IMG/VR virus record: IMGVR_UViG_2937414065_000001
Length of the DNA stretch: 64,000 nt
Reading direction: 5' to 3' (one strand)
Origin: a virus
Taxonomy: Duplodnaviria; Heunggongvirae; Uroviricota; Caudoviricetes
Shown: piece by piece, positions 27,363 through 37,180 of the stretch
Position numbering within the stretch: the first letter of the stretch is position 1
How the letters are laid out: every line of letters starts with the position of its first letter
The notes under the pieces: model-generated
What the model saw: only the letters and a program-made list of their open reading frames with translations
Database searches by the model: none
Told to the model about the DNA's origin: nothing
Translations under genes and position numbers: made by a program

Positions 27363-27794
27363 ATGAGTGCAGATATCTACGAAAAAATCATGTCCGATCT
27401 GGAGTTCGACCGCGACAATCTTGAGGACGTCTGGCGTCAGCAACCGCGCCTGTTGATGGAATACGGCTCTAAGCTGGCGCGGGCAGAACGCGAGGTCGCA
27501 GATGCAAAACTCTCCCTCGATGCGATTGAGGCGAAAATCTACGACAATGAGCGTAAGAACCTGAGTATGAACGGCATTAAGTTCAATGAATCCGTACTGG
27601 AGGCGAAGGTAAGAACCAACCCGCAATACCTCGCAAAACGCCAGAAACTCGACGATGCCCGGCACATTGCAGATCTGTACAAGCACGCTGTAGCCGCCTT
27701 CTCTCACCGCCGCGACATGATTGTCCAGGCGTCCAAAATGGCTATCGTGGAGATTGAACGTTTGGGCGCCGAACATTTCCACTCTCCCCGTTAA
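27363..27794 (+). CDS. hypothetical protein (143 aa), predicted coiled coil
   Basis: ORF follows the AT-rich divergent promoter region at 27143-27362. Confidence 0.45.
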   Translation: MSADIYEKIMSDLEFDRDNLEDVWRQQPRLLMEYGSKLARAEREVADAKLSLDAIEAKIYDNERKNLSMNGIKFNESVLEAKVRTNPQYLAKRQKLDDARHIADLYKHAVAAFSHRRDMIVQASKMAIVEIERLGAEHFHSPR

Positions 27795-27913
27795 TTTATA
27801 CTAGATCGTAAGTAAGTACTGATCTATTATTCTTCTCGCTCGAAAGAGCCACGAATAAACGAACGCCCAACGCGCATAGCGCCAATGGCCACAATCACAA
27901 CAAGGAGAAATAC

Positions 27914-28942
27914 ATGTCTAAGTCATTACTTGATCTGCTTAACAAGACCCGTGGCGATATTGCTTCTAAACGTGGCAATAACGTTGATTTGACCCGTCTG
28001 AAAGACGGCAATAACTATCTGCGCATTTTTCCGAACAAGGACGACCCGAATGGCGTGTTCTTCCAGACTTTCGGTATGCACTACGTTAAGCATCAGAATG
28101 AGGAAGGCAAAGATGTAACCACCGCCTACATCTGCGAACAGCACACCCACGGCCACGCTTGCCAGCTGTGTGAGATGGTTATGGAAGGTCGTGCTCGCTT
28201 TAAGGGCAACAAAGCGATGGAAGAGCGCATTAACAGTATGCGTGCTACACCGCGTTATCTGGTCAACGGTGTTCTGTCTGCGCGTGAAGACTTTGCGGAC
28301 GCAGAGAAATGCCAGCTGATTGAGCTGCCGTCTACGGTCTTCGACGATATCTGCAAAGTGATGTCCGAAGATATTGCGGATGATATCGGCAACCCACTGA
28401 GCAAAGAAGAAGGCTATGCGTTCCTGATTAAGCGTACCGGTTCCGGTCGTGACACCAAGTACGACGTATCCCCGAAACGTAAAGTCTACAAAGGCGACAT
28501 TCCTGAGAAGCTCTGGACTACCCAACACGATCTGATCGCATACGCGAACCAGGCTGACGAAACCCGTCTGCTGTCTACGGCTCGCACTATGGGTCGTCTG
28601 ATTGGTATCGCGGCTCCGGCAGCAACAATGTCCTCTCCGGCCATTTCTTCCGCTGCAAAATCAGCTGCTGCTGAACTGCCAGGCTTTGGCTCTATCACTG
28701 GTCATACGGAAGGTGCAGCTGCTGTCGCTACAGCACACACTCCGGCTCCAGAGTCCACCAGCCTGGTTGATGAAGAGATCCTGCGTGCCGCTGAAGCTGA
28801 GTTCAAGCCGGAAACTAAACCGGAAGAAGTTAAAGCTCCGGAAGCCGCCGCATCTGCAAGTGCTTCAGCATCTGCTGCCGCTGCATCTGCACCAGCTGAC
28901 GAAGGTCTCGACGACCTGCTGGCTGAACTGGACGCTCTGTAA
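27914..28942 (+). CDS. gp32-like single-stranded DNA-binding protein
   Basis: N-terminal RIFPNKDDPNGVFF resembles T4 gp32 RFLPSKNDE..PF. Zn-binding H...C...C..C cluster (HTHGHACQLC). Acidic C-terminus DDLLAELDAL. Confidence 0.65.
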   Translation: MSKSLLDLLNKTRGDIASKRGNNVDLTRLKDGNNYLRIFPNKDDPNGVFFQTFGMHYVKHQNEEGKDVTTAYICEQHTHGHACQLCEMVMEGRARFKGNKAMEERINSMRATPRYLVNGVLSAREDFADAEKCQLIELPSTVFDDICKVMSEDIADDIGNPLSKEEGYAFLIKRTGSGRDTKYDVSPKRKVYKGDIPEKLWTTQHDLIAYANQADETRLLSTARTMGRLIGIAAPAATMSSPAISSAAKSAAAELPGFGSITGHTEGAAAVATAHTPAPESTSLVDEEILRAAEAEFKPETKPEEVKAPEAAASASASASAAAASAPADEGLDDLLAELDAL

Positions 28943-28960
28943 TCCCATAACGTGACCAGT

Positions 28961-28987
28961 AAGGCGTCTACGGACGCCTTACTTTTT
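28961..28987 (+). terminator. rho-independent terminator after the SSB gene
   Basis: AAGGCGTC-TACG-GACGCCTT followed by ACTTTTT. Confidence 0.6.
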
Positions 28988-29002
28988 GGAAGGAGTGTAC
29001 CG

Positions 29003-29947
29003 GTGAATTATCTCTTTGTGGACGGTAACAGCCTGGGCTATTACCACCAGCAATCCGACAAATTACACAACGGCGAGATGGAAGTTCAGGCGGCTTTTGG
29101 CTTCGTGAAGAACGTTCGTCGTTACGCCTCAATTCTCCATGCCCGCCCAATGATCTTGTGGGATGGATTCAGCGACAAACGTCGCGACTTCTACCCGGAG
29201 TACAAAGCGAATCGCGATGACGACCCGGATATGAAGAAGATGAAAGAAGGCTTTGCCATCCAGAAGCCGTACATCTTGAAAATGATGACCGCGCTGGGCG
29301 TTAACCAACTCATTGCAAAGGACGCAGAAGCGGACGACCTGGCTGGAATGCTGGTCTCTCGCCTGGCTCCGCAGCCGACCGTCGATCACATCTACCTGCT
29401 GACGGGCGATGGCGACTGGCTCCAGCTGGTTCGCGAGAATGTGAGCTGGGTAAGCCTGCGTGAAGATGCCAAGCACAAGCAGGTAAACTTCGAACAGTTC
29501 GCAGAGCTGACCGGTCTGCCAACGCCACGAGCGTTTCTGGAAGCGAAAGCATTGCAGGGCGATAACTCGGACAACATCAAAGGCGTCGGTGGCATTGGTG
29601 ATGGTGGCGCGAAAGAGCTGCTTCATGAATGGGGAAGCGTGGCCGCAATGGTACGCGGCATTAACGACGGCTCCATTGTCATCAACAAAGGTCGCTATAA
29701 GACGGCATTCAACAAGCTGGCAAAGAATGCCTTCAACGAGAAGACGGGCTGCCGGATGCTCGAAGCCTTTAAGCGCAACATGATGCTGATGAACCTTATC
29801 GACACAAAATTCCCACCCAGCGAAATCGAGTCGATTAAAGGCGCACGCGACATGAATGCCTTCGAACAGATGTGTTACGAGCTGAACTTCCGGTCGTTTC
29901 TGGAAGATCTGGAAGTGTTTGTTCTGCCATTTGAGAGGTACTGCTGA
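29003..29947 (+). CDS. 5'-3' exonuclease / flap endonuclease (T4 RNase H / T5 D15 family)
   Basis: VDGNSLGYY N-terminus, GDGDWLQL, and a helix-3-turn-helix segment. GTG start with RBS GGAAGGAG. The listed ORF start at 28952 lies inside the upstream terminator. Confidence 0.75.
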   Translation: MNYLFVDGNSLGYYHQQSDKLHNGEMEVQAAFGFVKNVRRYASILHARPMILWDGFSDKRRDFYPEYKANRDDDPDMKKMKEGFAIQKPYILKMMTALGVNQLIAKDAEADDLAGMLVSRLAPQPTVDHIYLLTGDGDWLQLVRENVSWVSLREDAKHKQVNFEQFAELTGLPTPRAFLEAKALQGDNSDNIKGVGGIGDGGAKELLHEWGSVAAMVRGINDGSIVINKGRYKTAFNKLAKNAFNEKTGCRMLEAFKRNMMLMNLIDTKFPPSEIESIKGARDMNAFEQMCYELNFRSFLEDLEVFVLPFERYC

Positions 29948-30213
29948 TGCTGAAATCCATCATTAATGGCGGGGCAACTACGCCAACCATGCTGGCTAAA
30001 GAGATTGTCTTCTGCCACGGCGAGCACGCTGTGGTGGCGCTGCCGAACATTCTGGGCGCTGCTGGCATTTCTGCTACTGAGCGTGAGTTCGCGCTGGTCA
30101 GCGAGCAGGTCGTGAAGATCATCGCTCGCGTCGCCAAACACCTGAACCACGACGCAATCAAGTTTGACGAAGCCGCTGCTTCGAAGCGAATCAACGAATC
30201 AAAAGGAGCCTAA
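29947..30213 (+). CDS. hypothetical protein (88 aa)
   Basis: ORF is translationally coupled (TGATG) to the FEN gene. Confidence 0.4.
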   Translation: MLKSIINGGATTPTMLAKEIVFCHGEHAVVALPNILGAAGISATEREFALVSEQVVKIIARVAKHLNHDAIKFDEAAASKRINESKGA

Positions 30214-30215
30214 TC

Positions 30216-31292
30216 ATGGCAAAAGGCAAATCCGCACTGGCACTGGCGCTGAAAAAGAAAATCGGCAGCAATGACGAGATCCAGAAGGTCTCCCACTGGA
30301 TTGACTCCGGTTTCCCTCCACTGAACAAAGCCATTTCCGGACGTTACGACGGTGGTTTTCCGTGTGGGCGTATCGTTGAAGTCTTCGGGCCACCAAGCGC
30401 CGGTAAAACCTTTTTGGCGACGGCTGCAATGGTGTCAGCACAGAAACAGGATGGTCTGGCCGTATTCCTTGACCACGAAAACAGTTTCGACGTTGGTCTG
30501 GCGGTAGCGAACGGACTGAACGCCGACGAAGACGACGGTCAGTGGGTCTACAAACAGCCGGATACCTTCGAAGATTCCGTCGAGCTGATCGGCACAATCC
30601 TCAAGCTGGTGCGCGACGAAGAGCTTATCCCGGAAACAGCCCCTATCTGCATCGTTGCCGACTCTCTGGCGTCGATGGTTCCGAACTCGAAGGCTGAGAA
30701 GTTCGACAAGATGGCAGAAGGCACTGCGAAGGACAAAGATCAGCTGAACATGAACGACAACACGGCGCTGGCGCGCGCGACGAGTGCGAACTTCCCTACT
30801 CTGGCGCTTTGGGCGCGTAAGTACAACGCGTGCATCATCTTCTTGAACCAGGTGCGTACCAAAATTGGCGTGATGTTTGGCGATCCGACGACGTCTCCAG
30901 GTGGCGACTCTCCGAAGTTCTACGCGTCGGTGCGCATCCGTCTGGGCGCATCCGTTATGAAGGATGGCAAAGAGAAGATCGGACAGGACGTTGGCGCCGA
31001 GTGCATTAAAAACAAAGTCGCGCCTCCGTTTGGCAAATGCTCATGGAAATTCTACTTCGACCCGACTCGCGGGCTGGACGTCATCGAATCGCTGGTTGAG
31101 TACATGCTGGAGGAAGGATACCTGCCCAAGAACGCCAGCGGGCGTGTGGAAATTGGCGATAAGAAATACACCAAATCGCAGATCGTCGAGATGTACCGCG
31201 AGAAGCCACTCCCGGAAATCATCGCAGCACTCCAGGCGATAGACGAACGGCGAGCGAAAGAGTCGTCCCCAGCAGAGACAGAAGAAGCGTAA
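30216..31292 (+). CDS. RecA/UvsX-like recombinase
   Basis: Walker A GPPSAGKTFLA, RecA-fold core, and an acidic C-terminus. Confidence 0.7.
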   Translation: MAKGKSALALALKKKIGSNDEIQKVSHWIDSGFPPLNKAISGRYDGGFPCGRIVEVFGPPSAGKTFLATAAMVSAQKQDGLAVFLDHENSFDVGLAVANGLNADEDDGQWVYKQPDTFEDSVELIGTILKLVRDEELIPETAPICIVADSLASMVPNSKAEKFDKMAEGTAKDKDQLNMNDNTALARATSANFPTLALWARKYNACIIFLNQVRTKIGVMFGDPTTSPGGDSPKFYASVRIRLGASVMKDGKEKIGQDVGAECIKNKVAPPFGKCSWKFYFDPTRGLDVIESLVEYMLEEGYLPKNASGRVEIGDKKYTKSQIVEMYREKPLPEIIAALQAIDERRAKESSPAETEEA

Positions 31293-31296
31293 TCAC

Positions 31297-31323
31297 AAGG
31301 CGTCCGTTGGACGCCTTTTTTTA
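31297..31323 (+). terminator. rho-independent terminator
   Basis: AAGGCGTCCGTTGGACGCCTT followed by TTTTTT. Confidence 0.7.
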
Positions 31324-31384
31324 TACTTGAAAATATATAGGCACTTACTTATCATTTCTACACCAAAACGACAAAAGGAAACAC

Positions 31385-31585
31385 ATGATCAAGGGTTATC
31401 TCATGGCTGTTTCAGCGGTGATATCAGTCTGCTTTATCTACGGTTTACTGGTTCCATCGCTTATCTCAGCTAAAAGCGATCTGGCCTTATTTATCGGACT
31501 TGCCATCGCTGTAGTCTTCCCGGTTGCCTTGTTAAAAGCTGGCCGCAGGTATATCAACTCACTCAATAAAACTAAGGAGAAGTAA
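31385..31585 (+). CDS. small membrane protein (66 aa, 2 TM)
   Basis: Hydrophobic ORF preceded by a motif B-like element at 31337-31353. Confidence 0.45.
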   Translation: MIKGYLMAVSAVISVCFIYGLLVPSLISAKSDLALFIGLAIAVVFPVALLKAGRRYINSLNKTKEK

Positions 31586-31588
31586 GTA

Positions 31589-32419
31589 ATGAAGAAAGGT
31601 TTACTGGCGGTGGCTTTGGCTGCTATTTGCACAATGGGTCTGACCGGCTGCGATCGCGTGGAACCGGGATACGTTGGCATTAAGGTAAACAAATTGGGTG
31701 AAGACAAAGGTATCGGTGAAGTTGTCGGCGTTGGCCGTCAGTGGACTGGTCTGAATACCGAGCTGTACACCTTCCCCACTTTCAAACAGATGAAAACCTA
31801 CGATGAGCCGTTCACATTCCAGATGAGCGACGGTACAGCCATCGGCCACAAAATTGGTGTGGCATATCTGGTTAATCGCGACAAAGTAACTACCGTATTC
31901 CAGACCTATCGCAAAGGTGTTGATGACATTACCGACACTGATCTGCGCCAGAAGATTGCGGATTCACTGAACCGTCTGGCCAGCCGCATGACTACCGACA
32001 CGTTCATCGACGGTGGCAAGGCGTCTCTGCTCGACAATGCGCTGAAAGACATTCAGGCAGAAATGTCACCGGTAGGTATTGAGGTTATTAGCCTGTCATG
32101 GGTGGGCAAACCAGACTACCCCGACACTGTCATCGAATCTATCAATGCCAAAGTGACCGCGAACCAGAAAACGCTCCAGCGCCAGCAGGAAGTTGAGCAG
32201 CGCAAGGCAGAAGCGAACATGCTGCGTGAACAAGCCGAAGGTGAAGCCGACGCTATCCGCAAGCGTGCTCAAGCAGAAGCTGATGCCATCAAGTTGCGCG
32301 GTGAAGCATTACGTCAGAACCCGAACGTCATGGAGCTGGAAGCCATCAACAAATGGAATGGCCAGTTGCCTCAGTACATGACTGAAGGGGCTAATACTCC
32401 GTTTATCGCGTTGAAGTAA
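31589..32419 (+). CDS. SPFH/band-7 (prohibitin-like) lipoprotein
   Basis: Lipobox LTGC, SPFH core, and a C-terminal coiled coil (EQRKAEANMLREQAEGEADAIRKRAQAEADAIK). Confidence 0.7.
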   Translation: MKKGLLAVALAAICTMGLTGCDRVEPGYVGIKVNKLGEDKGIGEVVGVGRQWTGLNTELYTFPTFKQMKTYDEPFTFQMSDGTAIGHKIGVAYLVNRDKVTTVFQTYRKGVDDITDTDLRQKIADSLNRLASRMTTDTFIDGGKASLLDNALKDIQAEMSPVGIEVISLSWVGKPDYPDTVIESINAKVTANQKTLQRQQEVEQRKAEANMLREQAEGEADAIRKRAQAEADAIKLRGEALRQNPNVMELEAINKWNGQLPQYMTEGANTPFIALK

Positions 32420-32437
32420 CAGCCTTTTCAAAGATAC

Positions 32438-32462
32438 GGCGTCCACTTGGACGCCTTTTTTA
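32438..32462 (+). terminator. rho-independent terminator
   Basis: GGCGTCCACTTGGACGCC followed by TTTTTTAT. Confidence 0.7.
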
Positions 32463-32581
32463 TTTCCGTATTATCACCAACAAGAAAACAAATTGGTTAC
32501 TAATACGGAATTAGCATCCGTAGAAGTACAAAGTGACAACGCCACATAGTTGTTCGGCAACGGATGAGAAGGAGATCGGGA

Positions 32582-32953
32582 ATGAAAAATTACAGCGAGA
32601 TGACGGACTTTGAGATTAACTGCCTGGTCGCGGAAGCCACCGGCCATCGACCGCTTATCTCACAATATGGCTGGAAAGGCTCACAGGAAGGCGATTACAC
32701 CGCAGTGGTCGCCATCGGCCCGAACGGAGCCGGAACCTTCGACTGGTGTAACGATCCGGAAGATGCGTGGGACATTATTTACCGACACAGAATCGGCGTA
32801 ATCCCTGCCAGACAGCCTGGCGAGTGGAGAGCGGCCCACAGAAAGGTGGATAGCTCAACGCCACAACATCTGATCCAGAACCCTAACCCTTTCAGAGCGG
32901 CAATGACCGTGTTCCTTTTAATGCAGGAGAAAAAGCGTGAAGAAACTGTATGA
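32582..32953 (+). CDS. hypothetical protein
   Basis: ORF with RBS GAGAAGGAG. Motif A-like GAAAACAAATTGGTTA lies at 32484-32499. Confidence 0.45.
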   Translation: MKNYSEMTDFEINCLVAEATGHRPLISQYGWKGSQEGDYTAVVAIGPNGAGTFDWCNDPEDAWDIIYRHRIGVIPARQPGEWRAAHRKVDSSTPQHLIQNPNPFRAAMTVFLLMQEKKREETV

Positions 32954-33347
32954 CGCGGCCAACGCTGCGCTGGATGTAGTGGATACCGAAATTGCCCAGG
33001 GCTTCCCGGAGCCAGAATGGGCGACGCAGCTGCGTGAGGCGATTGCAGAGATGAACGCACCGGAACCTTCAGAAGATGAAGCCGACTGGCAGCGTTTCAT
33101 CAGAATGTACGCGGAAGAGATTGGCCCGACGCCAACCGCTGAACAGGCCATGTTGCTCAAGTACTTCAAGGAAGCTGGAGAGAACCTGCCGGTTGATGAT
33201 ACACCGCACTGGTTTCACGCCGCCTGGCGTAAGTTCGACGTGATCTACACCCGCGGTCTGGGAAACAAAGATATGGTCGTCTGGCATCTGATGCACATTG
33301 ATAAGGCTGTCGACCGCACGCTGGAGAAGTTCTTTCCTCCAGCCTGA
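32937..33347 (+). CDS. hypothetical protein (136 aa)
   Basis: ORF overlaps the previous gene. Confidence 0.45.
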   Translation: MKKLYDAANAALDVVDTEIAQGFPEPEWATQLREAIAEMNAPEPSEDEADWQRFIRMYAEEIGPTPTAEQAMLLKYFKEAGENLPVDDTPHWFHAAWRKFDVIYTRGLGNKDMVVWHLMHIDKAVDRTLEKFFPPA

Positions 33348-33416
33348 ACACAATGATTGTGCGCCGCATGGCGCACATTAATATAAATAAGTACTTACCA
33401 ACAAGGAGAAGACACA

Positions 33417-33691
33417 TGAAGATTTTGGTTCGAATTTCAGCCAGCACCGACTATGACGTTTACCCGCTATTCATGGTCAAGTGCGATGGGCTGAACGATG
33501 AAGAAATTCAAGCGGCAATTGAGCGCAATCTCGTTGAGTACACTGGCATGGATGCAGATTCTGTGTATGTCGATGATGACGGTGTTTGTTGGCACAACGG
33601 TAGTTGCTGGTACGTCGACGACACGATGCCGGTAAGCGATGAAGACGCGGCTCATCTTGAGCGTATCTTAGGCATCAGCACTTTTGAGTGA
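33417..33691 (+). CDS. hypothetical protein (91 aa)
   Basis: RBS AAGGAGAAG. Upstream sit TATAAATA (33383-33390) and a motif B half-site. Confidence 0.45.
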
Positions 33692-33731
33692 TATTTACAG
33701 CAAAAAATATATAAGTTAGTATCTACCTATC

Positions 33732-33896
33732 ATGAAAACTGTATTAGACACTTTATTACTTATTGTCTCGATAGCTTTTGTGCTCGATTGCATCTTCGCC
33801 GGAGCAATCCGTAAAGCGCTGGCGCCTGTTAATGGCGCGATGGTTAATGCGCTGGCCGCAGTGCTGGTATTCGACTCAGCATTTGGCGTTATCTAA
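33732..33896 (+). CDS. small membrane protein (54 aa)
   Basis: MKTVLDTLLLIVSIAFVLD...; begins right after motif B at 33709-33731. Confidence 0.3.
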   Translation: MKTVLDTLLLIVSIAFVLDCIFAGAIRKALAPVNGAMVNALAAVLVFDSAFGVI

Positions 33897-33907
33897 GGAG
33901 TCGTGGC

Positions 33908-34243
33908 ATGAAGAAAATAGTCCTGGCTCTGGCGCTGCTCTCCCTCCCAGTCTACGCGGACACATACGTCTATGAGTGTGAGATGTCAGTGGCCGAAGTG
34001 AAAAACAACGTGATCCGCAATGTCGTCAAAGCCAGCTACGGCGCGATGGTTGTGGACAGCGGCGAACAGTTTTATGTTGTGCGCGATGATCGCGTCCTGT
34101 CTTCCCCCTATCTCACCGAACGTAACGGAAAACTGACTGGCGTGGGTGAAGATAAGTTCGTTTACAACAAATCAGGTGATGTCTACGGCGTTCACGCGAA
34201 GAACGCCAGCTATCTTTTCGATGACTGCAAGGAGGTTGGTTGA
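33908..34243 (+). CDS. secreted hypothetical protein (signal peptide)
   Basis: N-terminus MKKIVLALALLSLPVYA. Confidence 0.5.
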   Translation: MKKIVLALALLSLPVYADTYVYECEMSVAEVKNNVIRNVVKASYGAMVVDSGEQFYVVRDDRVLSSPYLTERNGKLTGVGEDKFVYNKSGDVYGVHAKNASYLFDDCKEVG

Positions 34244-34455
34244 TGGCGGTTACACTGGCAGGTCTGGAAATCGAAAAAACAAGCGGCTACTGGCGTGCCA
34301 AAGGGTTTAAGCAACCTGGCGTGCTGGAACGTCTGGAACGTGAGGACGGTGTCATTGTCCACCAGCGTCGCGAATGGCGCATGTACGATCCGGAAACAGG
34401 TAAGCTCACGACGAAGGCCGGGACACTCTGGGGGCTGCTGAAGAAAATCATCTGA
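34240..34455 (+). CDS. hypothetical protein (71 aa)
   Basis: ORF coupled to the previous gene by ATGA. Confidence 0.4.
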   Translation: MMAVTLAGLEIEKTSGYWRAKGFKQPGVLERLEREDGVIVHQRREWRMYDPETGKLTTKAGTLWGLLKKII

Positions 34456-34526
34456 TCCATTATCCACTATGGGAAGAACCACTTCCCATAGTGGTTATCT
34501 TGCCCGTAGAAGCAACATCATAGTGC

Positions 34527-35007
34527 CTACCGCTGACAGCATACGTTTGTCTAAATTCTCCTCTTTTTTACCGCTGACAGCATATCTTTTAGTCGCTCAA
34601 TTTACCGCTGACAGCATACGTTATGACCACAAGACAAGGTTTACCGCTCACAGCATATCCAAACATCACCTCATACCGCTGGCAGCATATCGGCGTTTTT
34701 CGCCTCTGTGGGCGCTCTGTCAGGACGAGAAAAACAATCAAGTTAGTGAGTGCAAACCCTTATTTCATGCGGCTTGCGGGGTTAGTGACCACTGGGGAAG
34801 TTGTCGCGGGAAATGGGATCGAAGAGGCGCGCAGACCAGATAACGGCGGGCTAATGAGCAAAATCGCCCGCTGATATCATACATTTTCTAAAAATTACCG
34901 CTCACAGCATATCTTTTTGCCGCTGACAGCATACTTTATGTGAAAAATACCGCTGACAGCATATCTTGTGCCGCTGGTAGCATACGTTTTACCGCTGACA
35001 GCATATC
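34527..35007. repeat. downstream iteron array (~10 copies of TACCGCTGACAGCATA(C/T), mixed orientation), incA-like
   Basis: Copies near 34527, 34568, 34603, 34642, 34675, 34896, 34918, 34948, 34969 and 34990. The last overlaps the repA stop. Confidence 0.75.
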
Positions 35008-36106
35008 AAAGGAGTTTCAGGCTGTTGGAGAGAATCTCGATCAGCTTGATGTTTTCGGGCGTCAGGTTCTGCGATAACTCGGTGATTTTGTTCACGAGGT
35101 TTTGTTTTGCATCGACACCAGAAGACGTGTTCTCGACCGGCTTATCCGGAAGCGCGGGCATTTCCTCTTTGACCGAAGAGGCTTTGAGCTTGGGATTGCG
35201 GCTGTGGATCTGAATGTAAATCGAGCGGCCACGCTTAATCTCGCTGTATTCGAGATAGCCCAATTCCTCCAGCGTTTTTAAGCCGTTGCGGATGGTCTGG
35301 TTCTGCGAGCTGACGTTACGACTACTCAAATTGAGTCTGGCTCGAAGCCTTGCCAGCGATACTGGTGCCGGTTTGGCTGGAAGACTTTCGATGAACGTAT
35401 ACAGCGCCTGGGCGGTCTCTTTGCGCGGCAGCTTGTTAATGACTTTTAGCTGGAGCAGCACTTTGTGGTCGAAGCGATAGAGTTCGGCCAGCTTCGGCTC
35501 TGCGTGAAAGATGATGGAGTCTTTTTGCTCGTTGTAATCGACGCTGTTCACCAGGTGAACCATCAGGAGCGAGATTTTGTTCGAGCCGTCGACGTTCTTT
35601 TCTTCATACGTGCGCTGGAAAGAGAGCGTGGTGCGCATGATCTTCAGGAGGCTGTTGGTGAGCCTGTCACGCAGCGTCTTGCGGATCTGCGACGACGGAT
35701 AGCCGCAGAATTTGGCGAACTTGGTAATGCTCAACTCGACGCGGCCACTCGGCTCCCCGTACTCGGCCAGAGAGCGCACGACGCCGACCCACGTTTTAAA
35801 ATCGTGATCCATATCCAGGCGTGGACCTGTTATCTTGATGTCGGAATACCCTTCTGAACGAGCAACCTCCAGCTGAACCAGTTCTTTTGAGGCGTCGATC
35901 TCATTAGGTCTGTTCCGCTTGCTGTTCTTTGTTCCCTTTAGCGTGGGCACGAACAAACCAAGCCTCATCAACGCTATAGGCTGAACAGTATTGTTGCTGT
36001 TTGGAACAAGATCGCCTGTGTATAGTTCGAGGGATTCTTCTTCAAAATTATCTATACTGTCGTCTAACACATTGTTTTTGGTTTCTTTTTTCTTTCGAGT
36101 GGGCAT
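35006..36106 (-). CDS. repA: iteron-binding plasmid replication initiator (RepA-like)
   Basis: Flanked by iteron arrays on both sides and followed by an oriR-like GATC/DnaA-box block. I assigned the start from RBS AAGGTG; the six-frame ORF reads further, to 36169, but that stretch covers an iteron. Confidence 0.6.
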   Translation of the reverse strand: MPTRKKKETKNNVLDDSIDNFEEESLELYTGDLVPNSNNTVQPIALMRLGLFVPTLKGTKNSKRNRPNEIDASKELVQLEVARSEGYSDIKITGPRLDMDHDFKTWVGVVRSLAEYGEPSGRVELSITKFAKFCGYPSSQIRKTLRDRLTNSLLKIMRTTLSFQRTYEEKNVDGSNKISLLMVHLVNSVDYNEQKDSIIFHAEPKLAELYRFDHKVLLQLKVINKLPRKETAQALYTFIESLPAKPAPVSLARLRARLNLSSRNVSSQNQTIRNGLKTLEELGYLEYSEIKRGRSIYIQIHSRNPKLKASSVKEEMPALPDKPVENTSSGVDAKQNLVNKITELSQNLTPENIKLIEILSNSLKLL

Positions 36107-36126
36107 GTTGACACCTTTCCGCTTCC

Positions 36127-36230
36127 AACCGCTGACAGCATACGTTATTTGCCGTTGGCAGCATACCAAAAACAGATGGCAGCATATCGCTTACCGCTGA
36201 CAGCATATCTTTTACCGCTGACAGCATACG
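36127..36230. repeat. upstream iteron array (5 copies), incC/oriR-like
   Basis: AACCGCTGACAGCATACG, TGCCGTTGGCAGCATACC, CAGATGGCAGCATATC, TACCGCTGACAGCATATC, TACCGCTGACAGCATACG. Confidence 0.75.
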
Positions 36231-36269
36231 CGAATACCCCGTGAGGCCAGACGTGGCGCGGCCTGCGAG

Positions 36270-36341
36270 GATCGGGGATCTCTTTTGATCTATATAGGGA
36301 TCTATACGGGATCTAATTAATAGGATCTACCCTGTGGATAA
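36270..36341. promoter_or_regulatory. origin-like block: six GATC sites in short (G)GATCT repeats plus a DnaA box TGTGGATAA (36333-36341)
   Basis: GATC at 36270, 36277, 36287, 36299, 36310 and 36324. P1 oriR has a cluster of GATC sites and DnaA boxes beside five iterons. Confidence 0.6.
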
Positions 36342-36428
36342 TGTGAATAACTAAAACAGGCGTTTGCGAACATTGCCGCACCTCATGCGCTATGTTTGCG
36401 GCGAGCAACAATAACGTGAATTAAGAAC

Positions 36429-37073
36429 ATGGATCTAAAACGCACACGCTGGGTACGCCGTCTTGAGGATGGCTCCTACACCATTGAGTCAAACACCAAC
36501 CTGAACAAGCAGAAGCTCCTCTGTGAACTGTGTGGCATTGCTTCCAAATGTCCGATTAACGAAGCGCGCATAAAACTACATGAGGCAGGCGCCCACTTTC
36601 ACCTGAATAGCTGCATCAGATACGTGCCTCTGCTGGCATTTCGCAAACCGATCATCGGATTAGACGCGCCCTACTTCAACACGCTGCGCTCTGGCGTGAC
36701 ATGGCGAGACCGCGTCGAACCTGGAAAGCTTGTTTGTCTGGTTGAGGCTGATACTGGAAAGATCATCCGGTTTGGCAAAGTGGACAAGGTCTATTCCGGG
36801 CCGGTGGATGAGATGCTGCGTAAACACAGCCGGTTCAACCATCTGTGTATGGGCGGAGAGAAGATCGAGAAGGTGAGCGAAGTTATCCGCAAATCTTACG
36901 GACACTTTCTCAAAGACGACAGCCTGCTGACGGCCATTTACGTCAAGCACCTCGACCGGGAGTTCGACACCGAATATCACAGCGAGGAAGAGCTACATCT
37001 CGTTGACCCACGTCCAAAAGCAGGGGTGATCGACATCAACATAGCGCGTCAGAAGCCCTCAGAGACGATTTAA
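36429..37073 (+). CDS. hypothetical protein (214 aa)
   Basis: ORF downstream of the origin. Confidence 0.45.
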   Translation: MDLKRTRWVRRLEDGSYTIESNTNLNKQKLLCELCGIASKCPINEARIKLHEAGAHFHLNSCIRYVPLLAFRKPIIGLDAPYFNTLRSGVTWRDRVEPGKLVCLVEADTGKIIRFGKVDKVYSGPVDEMLRKHSRFNHLCMGGEKIEKVSEVIRKSYGHFLKDDSLLTAIYVKHLDREFDTEYHSEEELHLVDPRPKAGVIDINIARQKPSETI

Positions 37074-37180
37074 TTACAAAGCCATGTCTTTGGATGGCAA
37101 GAAAACATTGCGTCTCACAGAAGCGTTTAGCGCTACGGGAATTTGAAATGGGAGCAACCCATACGGGTTGCCCTGAAACT

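Noticed and set aside
34469-34874. ORFs 34469-34843 and 34623-34874 between the repA stop and the next genes
   Set aside because: They span the iteron arrays (TACCGCTGACAGCATA repeats), and their translations are repeat-derived. The region is better explained as incA-like copy-control DNA.
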